Shown: positions 19,099 through 28,748 of the stretch, one piece after another
How the letters are laid out: the number at the start of each line of letters is the position of its first letter
Position numbering within the stretch: position 1 is the first letter of the stretch
Source: an uncultured Campylobacterales bacterium
Lineage (GTDB): Bacteria; Campylobacterota; Campylobacteria; Campylobacterales; Arcobacteraceae
Direction of reading: 5' to 3'
Assembly: GCA_938084175.1 (NCBI GenBank)
Contig: CALKDR010000013.1
Coordinates: 23,929 to 87,928, forward strand
DNA length: 64,000 bases
The notes under the pieces: generated by a model
Seen by the model: only the letters and a program-made list of their open reading frames with translations
What the model was told of the DNA's origin: nothing
Databases searched by the model: none
Position numbers and translations under genes: made by a program

Positions 19099-20227
19099 TG
19101 TTACTATCCTCATACTTTGCAAATAACTCTTGTACTTTAAGTTTCAATCTATCGTTTTCTTTCTTGGAACTTACATCTTCTTTTATATGCTCTAGAAAGT
19201 AATCCTCAAGACTTAATGCCTCTATTGCTTCTACATTTGTTTCATAAGTATTATGTTTAAACTCCCTTTTAATACTAACACTCATAGCATTTGAAAATAA
19301 ATCTCTTACTTCTTTATTTGAAATATCAATAGATTGTAAAGGTGAAAGGTTTGTTAGTTTTACTTCTACAATAGCATTTAAAGTGTCATTAGAGTCCACA
19401 GAAGCAATAGAAGCTTCATAATCAAGACAATCTATAGTTTTTTGTCTAATAGGTCTTATATGTATCTCTTTATACTCTATATCTAACTTAGAACTATTAT
19501 TGTCATGATTATCATCTAAAGTAGCAAGTATAAAACCTTTTGAATTTCTTTTATCATTTAAACTAGTTCTTTCACTACTACCTGAATAATAAACATTTTC
19601 ATGTTTTCCAACATTTCCAAAACCATGCCAATGTCCTAATGCTACATAATCCATTTTAGAAAAGATGTATTCTTTATCACTTGGATATACCCACTCTCCA
19701 AACTCTTGCATTAAATACCAAGCACCAACACTACAATGTAACATCATGATATTCTTTTTTGTACTATCTATATTTTGCTCGCATGTTTCTATTTGTTTTT
19801 CTGCTATTGTCTCATCGTTCATATGTGGAAGTGTATGAAATACTATTTTATCAAACTCTATTTTTTTATATTCTTGCTCATATGATACATATATATTTTT
19901 ATAGTTATCAAATATTTTTAGTATAGGGGAGCTAAGGTTTGTTCGTGGAGTTGAGTGATTGCCTGCTATCATAATACAAGGAATATTTAAAGCATCTATT
20001 TGCATAAACTTTTCTAGTGCAAAAGTAATAGCTCTATTACTAGGACTACTTCTATGAAATAAATCTCCTGTATGTATAATATAATCAGGTTTAATCTGTT
20101 TTATTTGCTCAACTATTTGATTAAAGGCATCATAAAAGTCTGCTTCTCTTTGGTTTACATTGTTTTCATCTAAGATATCAAGGTCGTTGTATCCTAAGTG
20201 AGTATCACTAAAATGAAGAATTTTCAA
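19085..20227 (-). CDS. sbcD: SbcD/Mre11 metallophosphoesterase nuclease
   Basis: 'HFSDTHLG', 'HTGDLF', 'AGNHS', 'YVALGHWH', 'YSGSSE'; overlaps sbcC start. Confidence 0.9.
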   Translation of the reverse strand: MKILHFSDTHLGYNDLDILDENNVNQREADFYDAFNQIVEQIKQIKPDYIIHTGDLFHRSSPSNRAITFALEKFMQIDALNIPCIMIAGNHSTPRTNLSSPILKIFDNYKNIYVSYEQEYKKIEFDKIVFHTLPHMNDETIAEKQIETCEQNIDSTKKNIMMLHCSVGAWYLMQEFGEWVYPSDKEYIFSKMDYVALGHWHGFGNVGKHENVYYSGSSERTSLNDKRNSKGFILATLDDNHDNNSSKLDIEYKEIHIRPIRQKTIDCLDYEASIASVDSNDTLNAIVEVKLTNLSPLQSIDISNKEVRDLFSNAMSVSIKREFKHNTYETNVEAIEALSLEDYFLEHIKEDVSSKKENDRLKLKVQELFAKYEDSNNDTI

Positions 20228-21002
20228 GCTCTTTCCTTTCTATTTTTTCTCGTTCTTCTTTTTCTTTTCTTTTTTGTTTTTTATCATTTATTTTTTCTAG
20301 AAGTGCTGAGGTAAATATACTTCCTGGAATTGCATAAAAAGCAATACCTAAAAAACTTACAAAAGTTGTAAGAATTCTTCCCATTAAAGTTATTGGATAC
20401 ATATCTCCATATCCAACTGTTGTAAATGTAATAACCGTCCACCACATAGTTGTACCCATACTAGTAAAAACTTCAGCTTGTGCATCTTTTTCAAAGTAAT
20501 AAACAAGTGGTGTAATCGTAATAAGTAATACAACAAGAGTAATAGCTATAAAAATAAACTCTTCTTTTTTTTCTTTTATAATAGATATTACTAAACCATC
20601 AAACTCAGCAAATTTTGTAAGTCTAAATAGCTTAAAAATACGAAGAATACGAAGTGCTCTTAAGAAACCAAAATCAAGGTTGAACATAGATAAATAAAAA
20701 GGTAAAATGGCGATTAAATCAATTAACATCATAGGTCTTGTCATATATTTAAGTCTATTTATTCTTTGATTAAAACCAAGTGCATAAACTCTTGCAAGAT
20801 ATTCAATAGTAAAAAGCATAACATTAGCAAAATTTATCATTGATAAAATATCATAATACTCTAATAAGGATTTCTCTGTTTGTAAAAACATAACTATAAT
20901 ACTTATAAAAATATTAGTAAATATTAAAGATTGGAGTAATACTCCATATCTATGCTTTCGGGGATACTCAAATATGGTGTGTAATTGTTTTTTTAGGTTC
21001 AT
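20208..21002 (-). CDS. Voltage-gated (6TM) potassium channel
   Basis: S4 'FLRALRILRIFKLFRL', selectivity filter 'TTVGYGD'. Confidence 0.92.
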   Translation of the reverse strand: MNLKKQLHTIFEYPRKHRYGVLLQSLIFTNIFISIIVMFLQTEKSLLEYYDILSMINFANVMLFTIEYLARVYALGFNQRINRLKYMTRPMMLIDLIAILPFYLSMFNLDFGFLRALRILRIFKLFRLTKFAEFDGLVISIIKEKKEEFIFIAITLVVLLITITPLVYYFEKDAQAEVFTSMGTTMWWTVITFTTVGYGDMYPITLMGRILTTFVSFLGIAFYAIPGSIFTSALLEKINDKKQKRKEKEEREKIERKELENSSF

Positions 21003-21041
21003 TTTAACTCTTTTTTAATAATCATTTATTATATAATAATC

Positions 21042-22283
21042 TTATACAAATAAATATATGTTATAAACAAACATGAATATATTTAAAGAAATAAAAGCTT
21101 TTTTATTGAATATGGATAAGAATGATAATAATACATATAAAATAAAAAGCTCAAAACTAATTCCAACTTCAAAAGTATAAAAATCATATGCTAAAAAAGA
21201 GAGTAAATAACTATCAAAGATAATTGCAAAATCAAATATATGGGCAAATAACTCTAAGGGATAAAAAATAGTAAAAACAATAGTCATAAAAGGTGAATAA
21301 AGCTGTTCATAAGTAGTAGTTTTAAAAAAGTAATGAACAATAGGATTCATTGCTAAATATATCCAAAAGTTAAAAAGTAAAAGTTGAATCACTTTATATT
21401 TAAAGTCCTTAAAATATTTAATAAATAAAAAGATATAAAACACTCCAAACATAGAAAACCATAAAGATAATGAAAATATATACTTAGGAAAAATTGCTAT
21501 TATAATTAAAAAAGCAAATAATAAATTTGTAAAAGTAATTAGCTTTATATTTGAGCGTAATAAAAATATACCTAAAAACAACATAACAAATGCTCTTAAA
21601 AGTGAAGCTACTATATTTGTAAGTAATAAATATGAAAACAAAAAAAATAATGTAATTAAAAGTAAATCATATTTTTTATTTCTAAATGGGAAATATCTTG
21701 TATGAAAAAAACTATAAGGAAAATAGAAAATCCAATAAATCAAAAATGACAATACGGCTAAATGAAATCCCGAAAGTGCAACTAAATGACTAATACCATA
21801 GTTTGTAAAAACTTTTCTTGTTTCTTTTGATAATGGAATTGCTAAAAATAGTGCCTCAAAGACTTCACTTATTTGCTTATCTTTATGATTTATTCTTATT
21901 TTTTCTACAATCTTATCTTTAAAATTTTTTTCTCTTTTTAAAATATCAAAATATATTGTATTTGTAAAAAAACCTTTTAAATATTCTATAAAATCTATTT
22001 TTGTACTTTGAATTGCAATACTTAATAAATCACGTTTGTGTATTCCATGATTTTTATCAACTTTTGTAAAAAAGTCAAAACTTTTAGAACTTAACTTCAA
22101 AACATCATATTTCTGCTTTTCATATATATTTATAACAAGCACTTGCGTTTCATAAACTTCTTCATAGACTAATTCTTGGTATTTACTATATTCAATAGAC
22201 ATACTTATGATAAATATCATAAATAATACTGCAATGAATTTTGATGATAATTGACTTATTAGTTTCTTAATTAAAATAATCAT
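21042..22283 (-). CDS. comEC: ComEC/Rec2 competence protein (no MBL domain)
   Basis: 'GISHLVALSGFH', 'SLLRA' and multi-TM C-terminus. Confidence 0.88.
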   Translation of the reverse strand: MIILIKKLISQLSSKFIAVLFMIFIISMSIEYSKYQELVYEEVYETQVLVINIYEKQKYDVLKLSSKSFDFFTKVDKNHGIHKRDLLSIAIQSTKIDFIEYLKGFFTNTIYFDILKREKNFKDKIVEKIRINHKDKQISEVFEALFLAIPLSKETRKVFTNYGISHLVALSGFHLAVLSFLIYWIFYFPYSFFHTRYFPFRNKKYDLLLITLFFLFSYLLLTNIVASLLRAFVMLFLGIFLLRSNIKLITFTNLLFAFLIIIAIFPKYIFSLSLWFSMFGVFYIFLFIKYFKDFKYKVIQLLLFNFWIYLAMNPIVHYFFKTTTYEQLYSPFMTIVFTIFYPLELFAHIFDFAIIFDSYLLSFLAYDFYTFEVGISFELFILYVLLSFLSIFNKKAFISLNIFMFVYNIYLFV

Positions 22284-22354
22284 ATTTATTATTATAGTAT
22301 GTTTTTATATGTTATACTAATTTAATAACTTTATTATTTATAAAATAAGTCCTT

Positions 22355-22680
22355 ATGAGTCAAAAATTAGTATTAGGTCCTTTATTATCAGTAGAAGATG
22401 ATAATAAATATGTTGTTTGTTTTTTAAATAAAACAAATCTTAATTATTCTGTTATATTTAATAACATAATGGTTAAAGCTACAAAGTTTGTAAGTTTAAA
22501 TAGTGGATATTTTTACAGAGCAAAATACAATATCAAACAATCAAAAAACTCAAGAATAATGAAAAAGGTATTTTAGAAGATTTTAATAAGCGTGATTTTT
22601 GGGAATTTTATATTCCTGCAAAAGATGAGGAACAAAGTTTGCATATGCCTTATGTAATCGCTTTTCTAGTGTGGATTCTT
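22355..22680 (+). pseudogene. N-terminal fragment, probably PhoD-like phosphatase
   Basis: 'LVLGPLL..', then frameshifted 'WEFYIPAKDEE' and degenerate 'AYA.CN.FSS'; truncated. Confidence 0.45.
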
Positions 22681-22699
22681 TGAACTTTTTACTATATTT

Positions 22700-23193
22700 A
22701 CTTTTTCTAATGATAACCCTTATTCATTTATTTTATCTCAGAATCTTTTTATTCCGTGTATGAATTCATGTTACCTCTCCAAGCATCTCCAATTGTTGAC
22801 ATTAATTTTTTATTTGCAAAATCTTCTACTTCATTTATATTTGAACTTTTTTTCGATAAAAAAACTAATGGACTTGATTGAAATGTTGCATAAAGTAAAA
22901 CAAATTATTATAATTATTTGCTTTTTTTAATATTAAATATTCTCTTCCAATTGCAAAATCAATATCCCCATTGCTAATTAAAGAAGGTATATTTAAGCCC
23001 ATTTTATATGGAATTATTTCTACATCTAAGCCTAATTGTTCATAACAACCCTTTTCTTAGGCTATATAATATGCTACAAACTCGAACTGATTGAACCACC
23101 AAATTTGCAGTTTTACTTTTTTTAGATTAGCATGAGAAAGTAAATAAGTGTTTATAAATAGTAAAAGAAAAAGGTATTTAAAAGTTTGTTCAT
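22700..23193 (-). pseudogene. NMT1/THI5-like periplasmic sensor-domain remnant
   Basis: 'LKKVKLQIWWFNQFEFVAYYIA*EKG.YEQLGLDVEI', with in-frame stop and later frameshifts; 3' end approximate. Confidence 0.7.
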
Positions 23194-23216
23194 CTTATAT
23201 CAATAAAGAAAAAAGC

Positions 23217-25307
23217 CTATGCTTTTTTCTTCCAAATTGACATTTGTGAAACTGAGTGTTGGTATTTTCTATTTGTTTCTTTAATTACAAATGGAACATC
23301 AATAGTTTCTTGTAATTCAAAATCTTTAAGTTCAGTTTTTAAAGTTTCTAATGTTGATACTTCTTTATTATCTTTAATATATCCACCTAACCAGTTCTCT
23401 TTTGGTGTATATTCTTCAAGCCAAGTATATGGGCTTAATAGAACTAATAAACCATTATCATTTACACGTGATGGAATATCATCAATGAATTTTTGTGGGT
23501 AATATAATCTATCTATTAAGTTTGAACAGAAAATTAAATCATATCCTGTGTAAATATCTTTTAAATTACATGCATCACCTTGCATAAATGTTACATTTTC
23601 TTGGTTTTTTTCTATTCCAAAATCTTCTAAAGAAACTGTTTTCTCTGTAGAAATATCACCTTCGTTTTTTACTCTAAAAGTTAAAGAATCATATTTTTTA
23701 AGCTTAACACCCACGTTTATAAAGTTTGCAGAAAAATCTATTCCCGTAACCTCATCAAAAGTTTGTGCTAATTCAAAAGTACTTCGTCCAACAGAACAAC
23801 CTAAATCTAAAGCTTTATTTGTATTAATATCTTTTAAATATGGTTTTAAAAGTTCAACTGAGTTTACACAGAAGTTTTTAACACCAAAATTTTCTTCACC
23901 ATAATGAAACTCACAATATTGTGCTATTGAGTCATCTGTTTCATAAACATTATCATTTAATTTTGTTCTATATTCGTTTTCTGATTTCACGTATCTAAAT
24001 CCTGCGTGTTGGAAGAAATGCTTTCTAAAAGCATATCTAGCTTCTCTTAAGATCTCATTTCCTAAAGAAATAAAAGATCCACCTTTCATTAATGCATGTC
24101 TATCATCAAATGTTGGAGTTGTAAAGTCATCATAAATAGGATGAACTTTAAAGTTATCAAATGGATAAGTTGGAGTAATACTCCATTGCCATATATTACC
24201 TACTACATCATAAAATTCATCAAATTTATACTTATCAACAGGAGATTGGTTAAACTGTTTTAGTCCAATATTTGCTTCTTTTTGCCCTGCATTAACATAA
24301 TCATATAATCTATAATATTCATCTTCACTTGGAAGTCTTACTTCGTAACCTAATTTAGCACTTTTATATTTACAAAAAGCTTCAGCTTCATATACATTAA
24401 TATCAACTGGATAATTTAAAGGTAAGGGTACAATTCTATTAATTTCTCTTAATGAATAATTGTTTTCATCTTTAATCCAAAAAGTTGGATGCTTAGCTTG
24501 AGTAAAATCTAACCACTCTTTTCCTTCACTTGTAAATAATTCAGGTTTATTATAACCACCCTCTTTTACAAACTCTAAAAACTCACCATTTGATACTAAA
24601 TATTTAGAAGCTTTAAAATCTTCTATATAAGCTTTGTGAAATGAAAACTCATTATCCCAACCATAAAAAATAGGATTCTCTCTATCTTTTTGGATTACAA
24701 CCTCACCTGCTTTTACATCAAGTAATTCATTTTTTGGATAAGTATTACTTTCTTCATTTCCATACAAAAAAAGTTCATCATTTATTAGTCTATTATTATC
24801 AAGCTCTCTTAACAATACAGATGAAGTTTCAATATGAATATTTTCATGCTCAATTCCCATTAAAATAATCCACATAGGACTTTCCCAATTAATTGGCATT
24901 GTAAACTCAATTGTATCAATTAAATTACAAACAATATCTTTTACTTGGTCTCTGTATTCTTTTGCTTCTTTGATTGTGGGCCAGGCGTAATGTTGCGATT
25001 CTAAATCATCCCATGACATTTCATCAACACCAATTGCAAAAATTGCTTCAAATTCTTTATTTACTCTACTTGTTAATATATTTGCTAGTGTTAATTTATT
25101 TACAAAAAATGTCGCTGTATGACCATAATAAAATATTAACGGATGTCTTAATCTATTTGGTTGTTTATATATACTTTTTTCATCTTTCAATAAATCAAAT
25201 AGCTTTTCATCTAATGCATATGTTTGTAAAAAATATTCTTTTATTTCTTTTCTTTTTTCTTCTATACTGCCAGTACTTAAGTTTATACTGTTTTTTCTAT
25301 AATTCAT
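23217..25307 (-). CDS. ovoA: Ovothiol synthase OvoA (5-histidylcysteine sulfoxide synthase / methyltransferase)
   Basis: DinB 'LRHPLIFYYGHTATFF' and 'EHENIHIETS', FGE-like domain 'RYAFRKHFFQHAGFRY', C-terminal SAM MTase 'LDLGCSVGR..NLIDRLY..SPYTWLEEYTP'. Confidence 0.93.
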   Translation of the reverse strand: MNYRKNSINLSTGSIEEKRKEIKEYFLQTYALDEKLFDLLKDEKSIYKQPNRLRHPLIFYYGHTATFFVNKLTLANILTSRVNKEFEAIFAIGVDEMSWDDLESQHYAWPTIKEAKEYRDQVKDIVCNLIDTIEFTMPINWESPMWIILMGIEHENIHIETSSVLLRELDNNRLINDELFLYGNEESNTYPKNELLDVKAGEVVIQKDRENPIFYGWDNEFSFHKAYIEDFKASKYLVSNGEFLEFVKEGGYNKPELFTSEGKEWLDFTQAKHPTFWIKDENNYSLREINRIVPLPLNYPVDINVYEAEAFCKYKSAKLGYEVRLPSEDEYYRLYDYVNAGQKEANIGLKQFNQSPVDKYKFDEFYDVVGNIWQWSITPTYPFDNFKVHPIYDDFTTPTFDDRHALMKGGSFISLGNEILREARYAFRKHFFQHAGFRYVKSENEYRTKLNDNVYETDDSIAQYCEFHYGEENFGVKNFCVNSVELLKPYLKDINTNKALDLGCSVGRSTFELAQTFDEVTGIDFSANFINVGVKLKKYDSLTFRVKNEGDISTEKTVSLEDFGIEKNQENVTFMQGDACNLKDIYTGYDLIFCSNLIDRLYYPQKFIDDIPSRVNDNGLLVLLSPYTWLEEYTPKENWLGGYIKDNKEVSTLETLKTELKDFELQETIDVPFVIKETNRKYQHSVSQMSIWKKKA

Positions 25308-25356
25308 TATATCCCTTATTATAAATTGAAAACATTATATAGTGTTTGAATAATAT

Positions 25357-27588
25357 TTAAATTAAATTGTCTAAAAAATTTAGATTTTTTATTTTATCAA
25401 CTTTTGTAAACTCTTTGTATAAACTAAATAGCTGTTTACACTCGTTTTCATCCATTAATTCTAAATGCTTTTCTAGTTTAATTGATACAATAGATATATC
25501 TTTATCTATTAAGCATCTTGTAATATAATTTTCAATTAAAAGCATTCCTAATTTTTTAATTGATTTTGTATCATCTAAAATTAAAATAGCTTCATCTGTA
25601 ATATTAATAATCTCTTCACACTCAAGCTTTTCATGCTTAAGATATAGCATTTTAGATAATACATTTAAAGCTTGATTATGAAGCACTACAGGCATTTCAT
25701 CTCTATCTCCAACTGATTGCTTTAAAAATATACCTAATTTTCCTAAGTTAATAGATTTATTAATAGTATCAATATTATGTGTACTTGATGTTAAGTATTT
25801 TAGCCTATAAGCAATTGCCATATTAACAAAAGTTGCACCATATTCAAAAGCACCTAAAATAGGAATTGTTAAACATTTCTTATAGTTTTTTATAGATAAA
25901 TCATAATCTTTGTTCCATTCTGCATAATTTGCTTCTATATTATAGTAGTGCCATAAATCAAGAGCTTTATTATCCTCATTATGGGAGAATATCAATTCTT
26001 TTAAACTTTTTAATGTTTTTAATCCCTCTTCTTTTAAATCATCTTTTCTTTGACTAACAATAATCCAAGCTTTTCTTTGAAAATATCTAATTTCAATATC
26101 ACTAGGTTTTTCATTATTCTTCAAATTTAATTTTTGAGGTAAACTTTTGTAAGCTTTTTCAAACTGACCCATTCTTTCATGTAATGAACAAATAGTAATA
26201 GCATATTTATTAGGATTAATTTCATATAGATATTTACATAATAATAGTGCTTGATTAAAATGACCATTTCTTTCAAAGATAAAAATCAAATCATTTAAAG
26301 ATTTTATTGATAATTTTCTATAAAAAGAGTTATTAGTTTTTTCAAAAGAGTCTAGATTTGATGAATCAAACATATAACCTGCAATATCAAACCAATAATC
26401 ATCAATAAATTCGTATTGTTGTTTTTTATAAATTGCTTCAATAAACTTTTCTAAAATTAAAACCGATCTTTTTATATCTAAAACAATATCTTTTACATAA
26501 TGATATAAGATTAATAAAGATATTGGGTTATTAAAATAATTTACACAATCTTCAATATGATTACGAAGATAATAAGAAAGTCTTTTTTGTTCATCTGTTA
26601 AATTTTTAAATTTTGTATTATGATTAAAATAAATTTCCATAGATTTTTCTTGTGAAATAAATTCAAAATCATCAAAACTTCTATTTATAAAATTCTGAAA
26701 ACCAGAGATTAATTGATTTTTAGAATCTTTAGAATCTTCAAAAAAGTTTCTGCCACAGTATTCAAAAAGTTCAAGTGAAATAAAAATTTTCTTCTCATTC
26801 TTAGCTAGGATTTTAGAAGAACTAAGCTGCAATAATGAGTAAAGTTTTTGTTCTTTATTTGAAAGTAAAAAATTTATATCAAAAGTTTTTGCTTCTTTTT
26901 TTGCTTCTTTTTTTATTTTTTTAACTTCAATATTTAAAGTACCCAAAACTTCAAGTTTTTTTCTCATACTTTGTATTTGATCATTTCTTACATATAAATT
27001 TATTGTATAAAATCTTGAAATTAAAGTTTTAAGTAAAAGTCTGTAAATCCAGTGTTCTTCATCTTCTAAATCAAAATTATATAAATTTATTGCAGTTTTC
27101 TTATCATACAATGAGAAGCCAAGTTTTAATCTTTTTAGTTTTCTAATATCTTTATTAAACCATGAGGATAAAACACTCTTAAACTCATTACCCTCAGCAT
27201 CTAAAAGAGATGGCATCATAACTAGTCCTAAAAAGAAAATAAGTACGAAAGCTAAAGATACACTATCATTAATTTGCCAATCAAAAGGTAAGGTAAAAAA
27301 GATTTTTTTTAGTAAGTCTTCATAAATTGAAGCAGAAATTAAAGCGAACATAATAACAAGAACAGAAATAATAGAAATAAAGCTTGATGAAAATCTTTTT
27401 TTTAGTAAATAAATAAAAGACTTACCTCTTAGTTTATTTAAATCACTTTCAAATGACTCTAATTTATCACCTTCACAAAAAGTAATATGTATTTCATTTT
27501 CTTCTAAATTTATAAGATTTTGTGTTTGTGTTTTTCTTTTTGTTTTATACAGTTTAGAAGTATAAATATTACAAGTATTTTGAGTCAT
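25357..27588 (-). CDS. Hypothetical two-TM protein with C-terminal TPR-like helical repeats
   Basis: Start at ATG 27588 (AAGGA SD); two hydrophobic helices near the N-terminus; TPR-like segments ('GHFNQALLLC', 'GQFEKAY', 'YDLSIKNYKKCL'). Confidence 0.7.
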   Translation of the reverse strand: MTQNTCNIYTSKLYKTKRKTQTQNLINLEENEIHITFCEGDKLESFESDLNKLRGKSFIYLLKKRFSSSFISIISVLVIMFALISASIYEDLLKKIFFTLPFDWQINDSVSLAFVLIFFLGLVMMPSLLDAEGNEFKSVLSSWFNKDIRKLKRLKLGFSLYDKKTAINLYNFDLEDEEHWIYRLLLKTLISRFYTINLYVRNDQIQSMRKKLEVLGTLNIEVKKIKKEAKKEAKTFDINFLLSNKEQKLYSLLQLSSSKILAKNEKKIFISLELFEYCGRNFFEDSKDSKNQLISGFQNFINRSFDDFEFISQEKSMEIYFNHNTKFKNLTDEQKRLSYYLRNHIEDCVNYFNNPISLLILYHYVKDIVLDIKRSVLILEKFIEAIYKKQQYEFIDDYWFDIAGYMFDSSNLDSFEKTNNSFYRKLSIKSLNDLIFIFERNGHFNQALLLCKYLYEINPNKYAITICSLHERMGQFEKAYKSLPQKLNLKNNEKPSDIEIRYFQRKAWIIVSQRKDDLKEEGLKTLKSLKELIFSHNEDNKALDLWHYYNIEANYAEWNKDYDLSIKNYKKCLTIPILGAFEYGATFVNMAIAYRLKYLTSSTHNIDTINKSINLGKLGIFLKQSVGDRDEMPVVLHNQALNVLSKMLYLKHEKLECEEIINITDEAILILDDTKSIKKLGMLLIENYITRCLIDKDISIVSIKLEKHLELMDENECKQLFSLYKEFTKVDKIKNLNFLDNLI

Positions 27589-28144
27589 TATCACTAATTC
27601 CTTGTTTTGCAAACTTATTTTGAATTGCATCGCTAAAAGTGTAAGTACCTTCTTTTAATGGATAAGGATAATTTTTTAAGCACTTTGAATATTCAATAAC
27701 AAAATCTTCTGAATATGAAGTAAATGAATTAGTTAATATATCTATATATTTTGAAGGAATTACACAGTTTTTATCATTTTTTTTTGCTAATTTTTCTTTA
27801 TTTGTAGTCATAAAAGCAATAATATCTTCATCTAAAGGTATATTTGCTTTTGAAGCTTCTATATTAATACAAGAATAGTTTTTTTCTCTTAGTTTTAATA
27901 TTTCTAATTCATCATTTGTAATTTTTATAAGAACACCATTTGTTGAAGATAGTGGGCTTTTATTAAGGTTTAAAAAAATACCATTTAATTCAATTTCATC
28001 AAATTTAATATCTTCAATTGAATTCCATACTTTTTCATAACCTTTTATATTTACAGGAATTAAATCTTCTTGTTTTAAAACTCTTTTGAAAGATTTCTGA
28101 GCACTTGATAAATTGATTAAAGAACCGTATCCAAAAAGATACAT
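27569..28144 (-). CDS. Gamma-glutamylcyclotransferase (GGCT/ChaC-like) family protein
   Basis: N-terminal 'YLFGYGSLI' and catalytic-type 'LKLREKNY'. Confidence 0.8.
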   Translation of the reverse strand: MYLFGYGSLINLSSAQKSFKRVLKQEDLIPVNIKGYEKVWNSIEDIKFDEIELNGIFLNLNKSPLSSTNGVLIKITNDELEILKLREKNYSCINIEASKANIPLDEDIIAFMTTNKEKLAKKNDKNCVIPSKYIDILTNSFTSYSEDFVIEYSKCLKNYPYPLKEGTYTFSDAIQNKFAKQGISDNDSKYL

Positions 28145-28146
28145 AA

Positions 28147-28626
28147 TTAAACTAATTCTTCTTTTGTAATAACAATTCCATCAGCATCAGCGTAAATATA
28201 ATCACCTTCATTAATTTCTACACCATCAATATTTAAAGTTATATTTATTTGTCCTTCTTGTACTGGAATATACTTTTTAGGACAAGTACCAATTGCAAGT
28301 AATCCTACATTAAAATCTTTTGTATTAACTGTATCTCTTACATATCCATTTACAATAATTCCTGCGTATTTATTATCACTTGCAAATTTCATTAAATTAT
28401 CACCTACAACAGCGTAATATTTTTTATCAACATCAACAACTACTACTTTACCTTCACCTTTTTTATCTCTTAAAAGTACTGCTAAATCTTTATTATTTTT
28501 ATCAAGTTTAACTGTAATTGCAGTACCTTTAAATTTTACACTTCCACCATATGATTTAAAATCAGGTCCTAAAACTTCTGTTTTCAAACTAAACTCATCA
28601 CATAAATCTGCTGTAAAAAATTCCAT
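28147..28626 (-). CDS. rraA: RraA-family protein (RNase E regulator / HMG aldolase-oxaloacetate decarboxylase fold)
   Basis: 'TADLCD', 'AVVGDNL', 'GYVRD', 'GDYIYADADGI'. Confidence 0.88.
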   Translation of the reverse strand: MEFFTADLCDEFSLKTEVLGPDFKSYGGSVKFKGTAITVKLDKNNKDLAVLLRDKKGEGKVVVVDVDKKYYAVVGDNLMKFASDNKYAGIIVNGYVRDTVNTKDFNVGLLAIGTCPKKYIPVQEGQINITLNIDGVEINEGDYIYADADGIVITKEELV

Positions 28627-28748
28627 ATTAATCCTTGTTATTATAATCTTTAATTTTGATTATCTCATTTTACTATTAATCTATTCTTATTTATACACTT
28701 TAATTGCACAAAAAAGTTATAATATCTTTCCAACAAAAGGAAATACTT

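Noticed and set aside
16729-20227. Wadjet/Lamassu/MksBEF assignment for the SMC protein
   Set aside because: Zinc-hook CPTC and an adjacent Mre11-type nuclease identify SbcCD; no kleisin/KITE or LmuA-type genes.
23217-25307. Ergothioneine EgtB or selenoneine SenA
   Set aside because: The C-terminal methyltransferase fusion and 'RHPLIFY.GHT' motif indicate OvoA.
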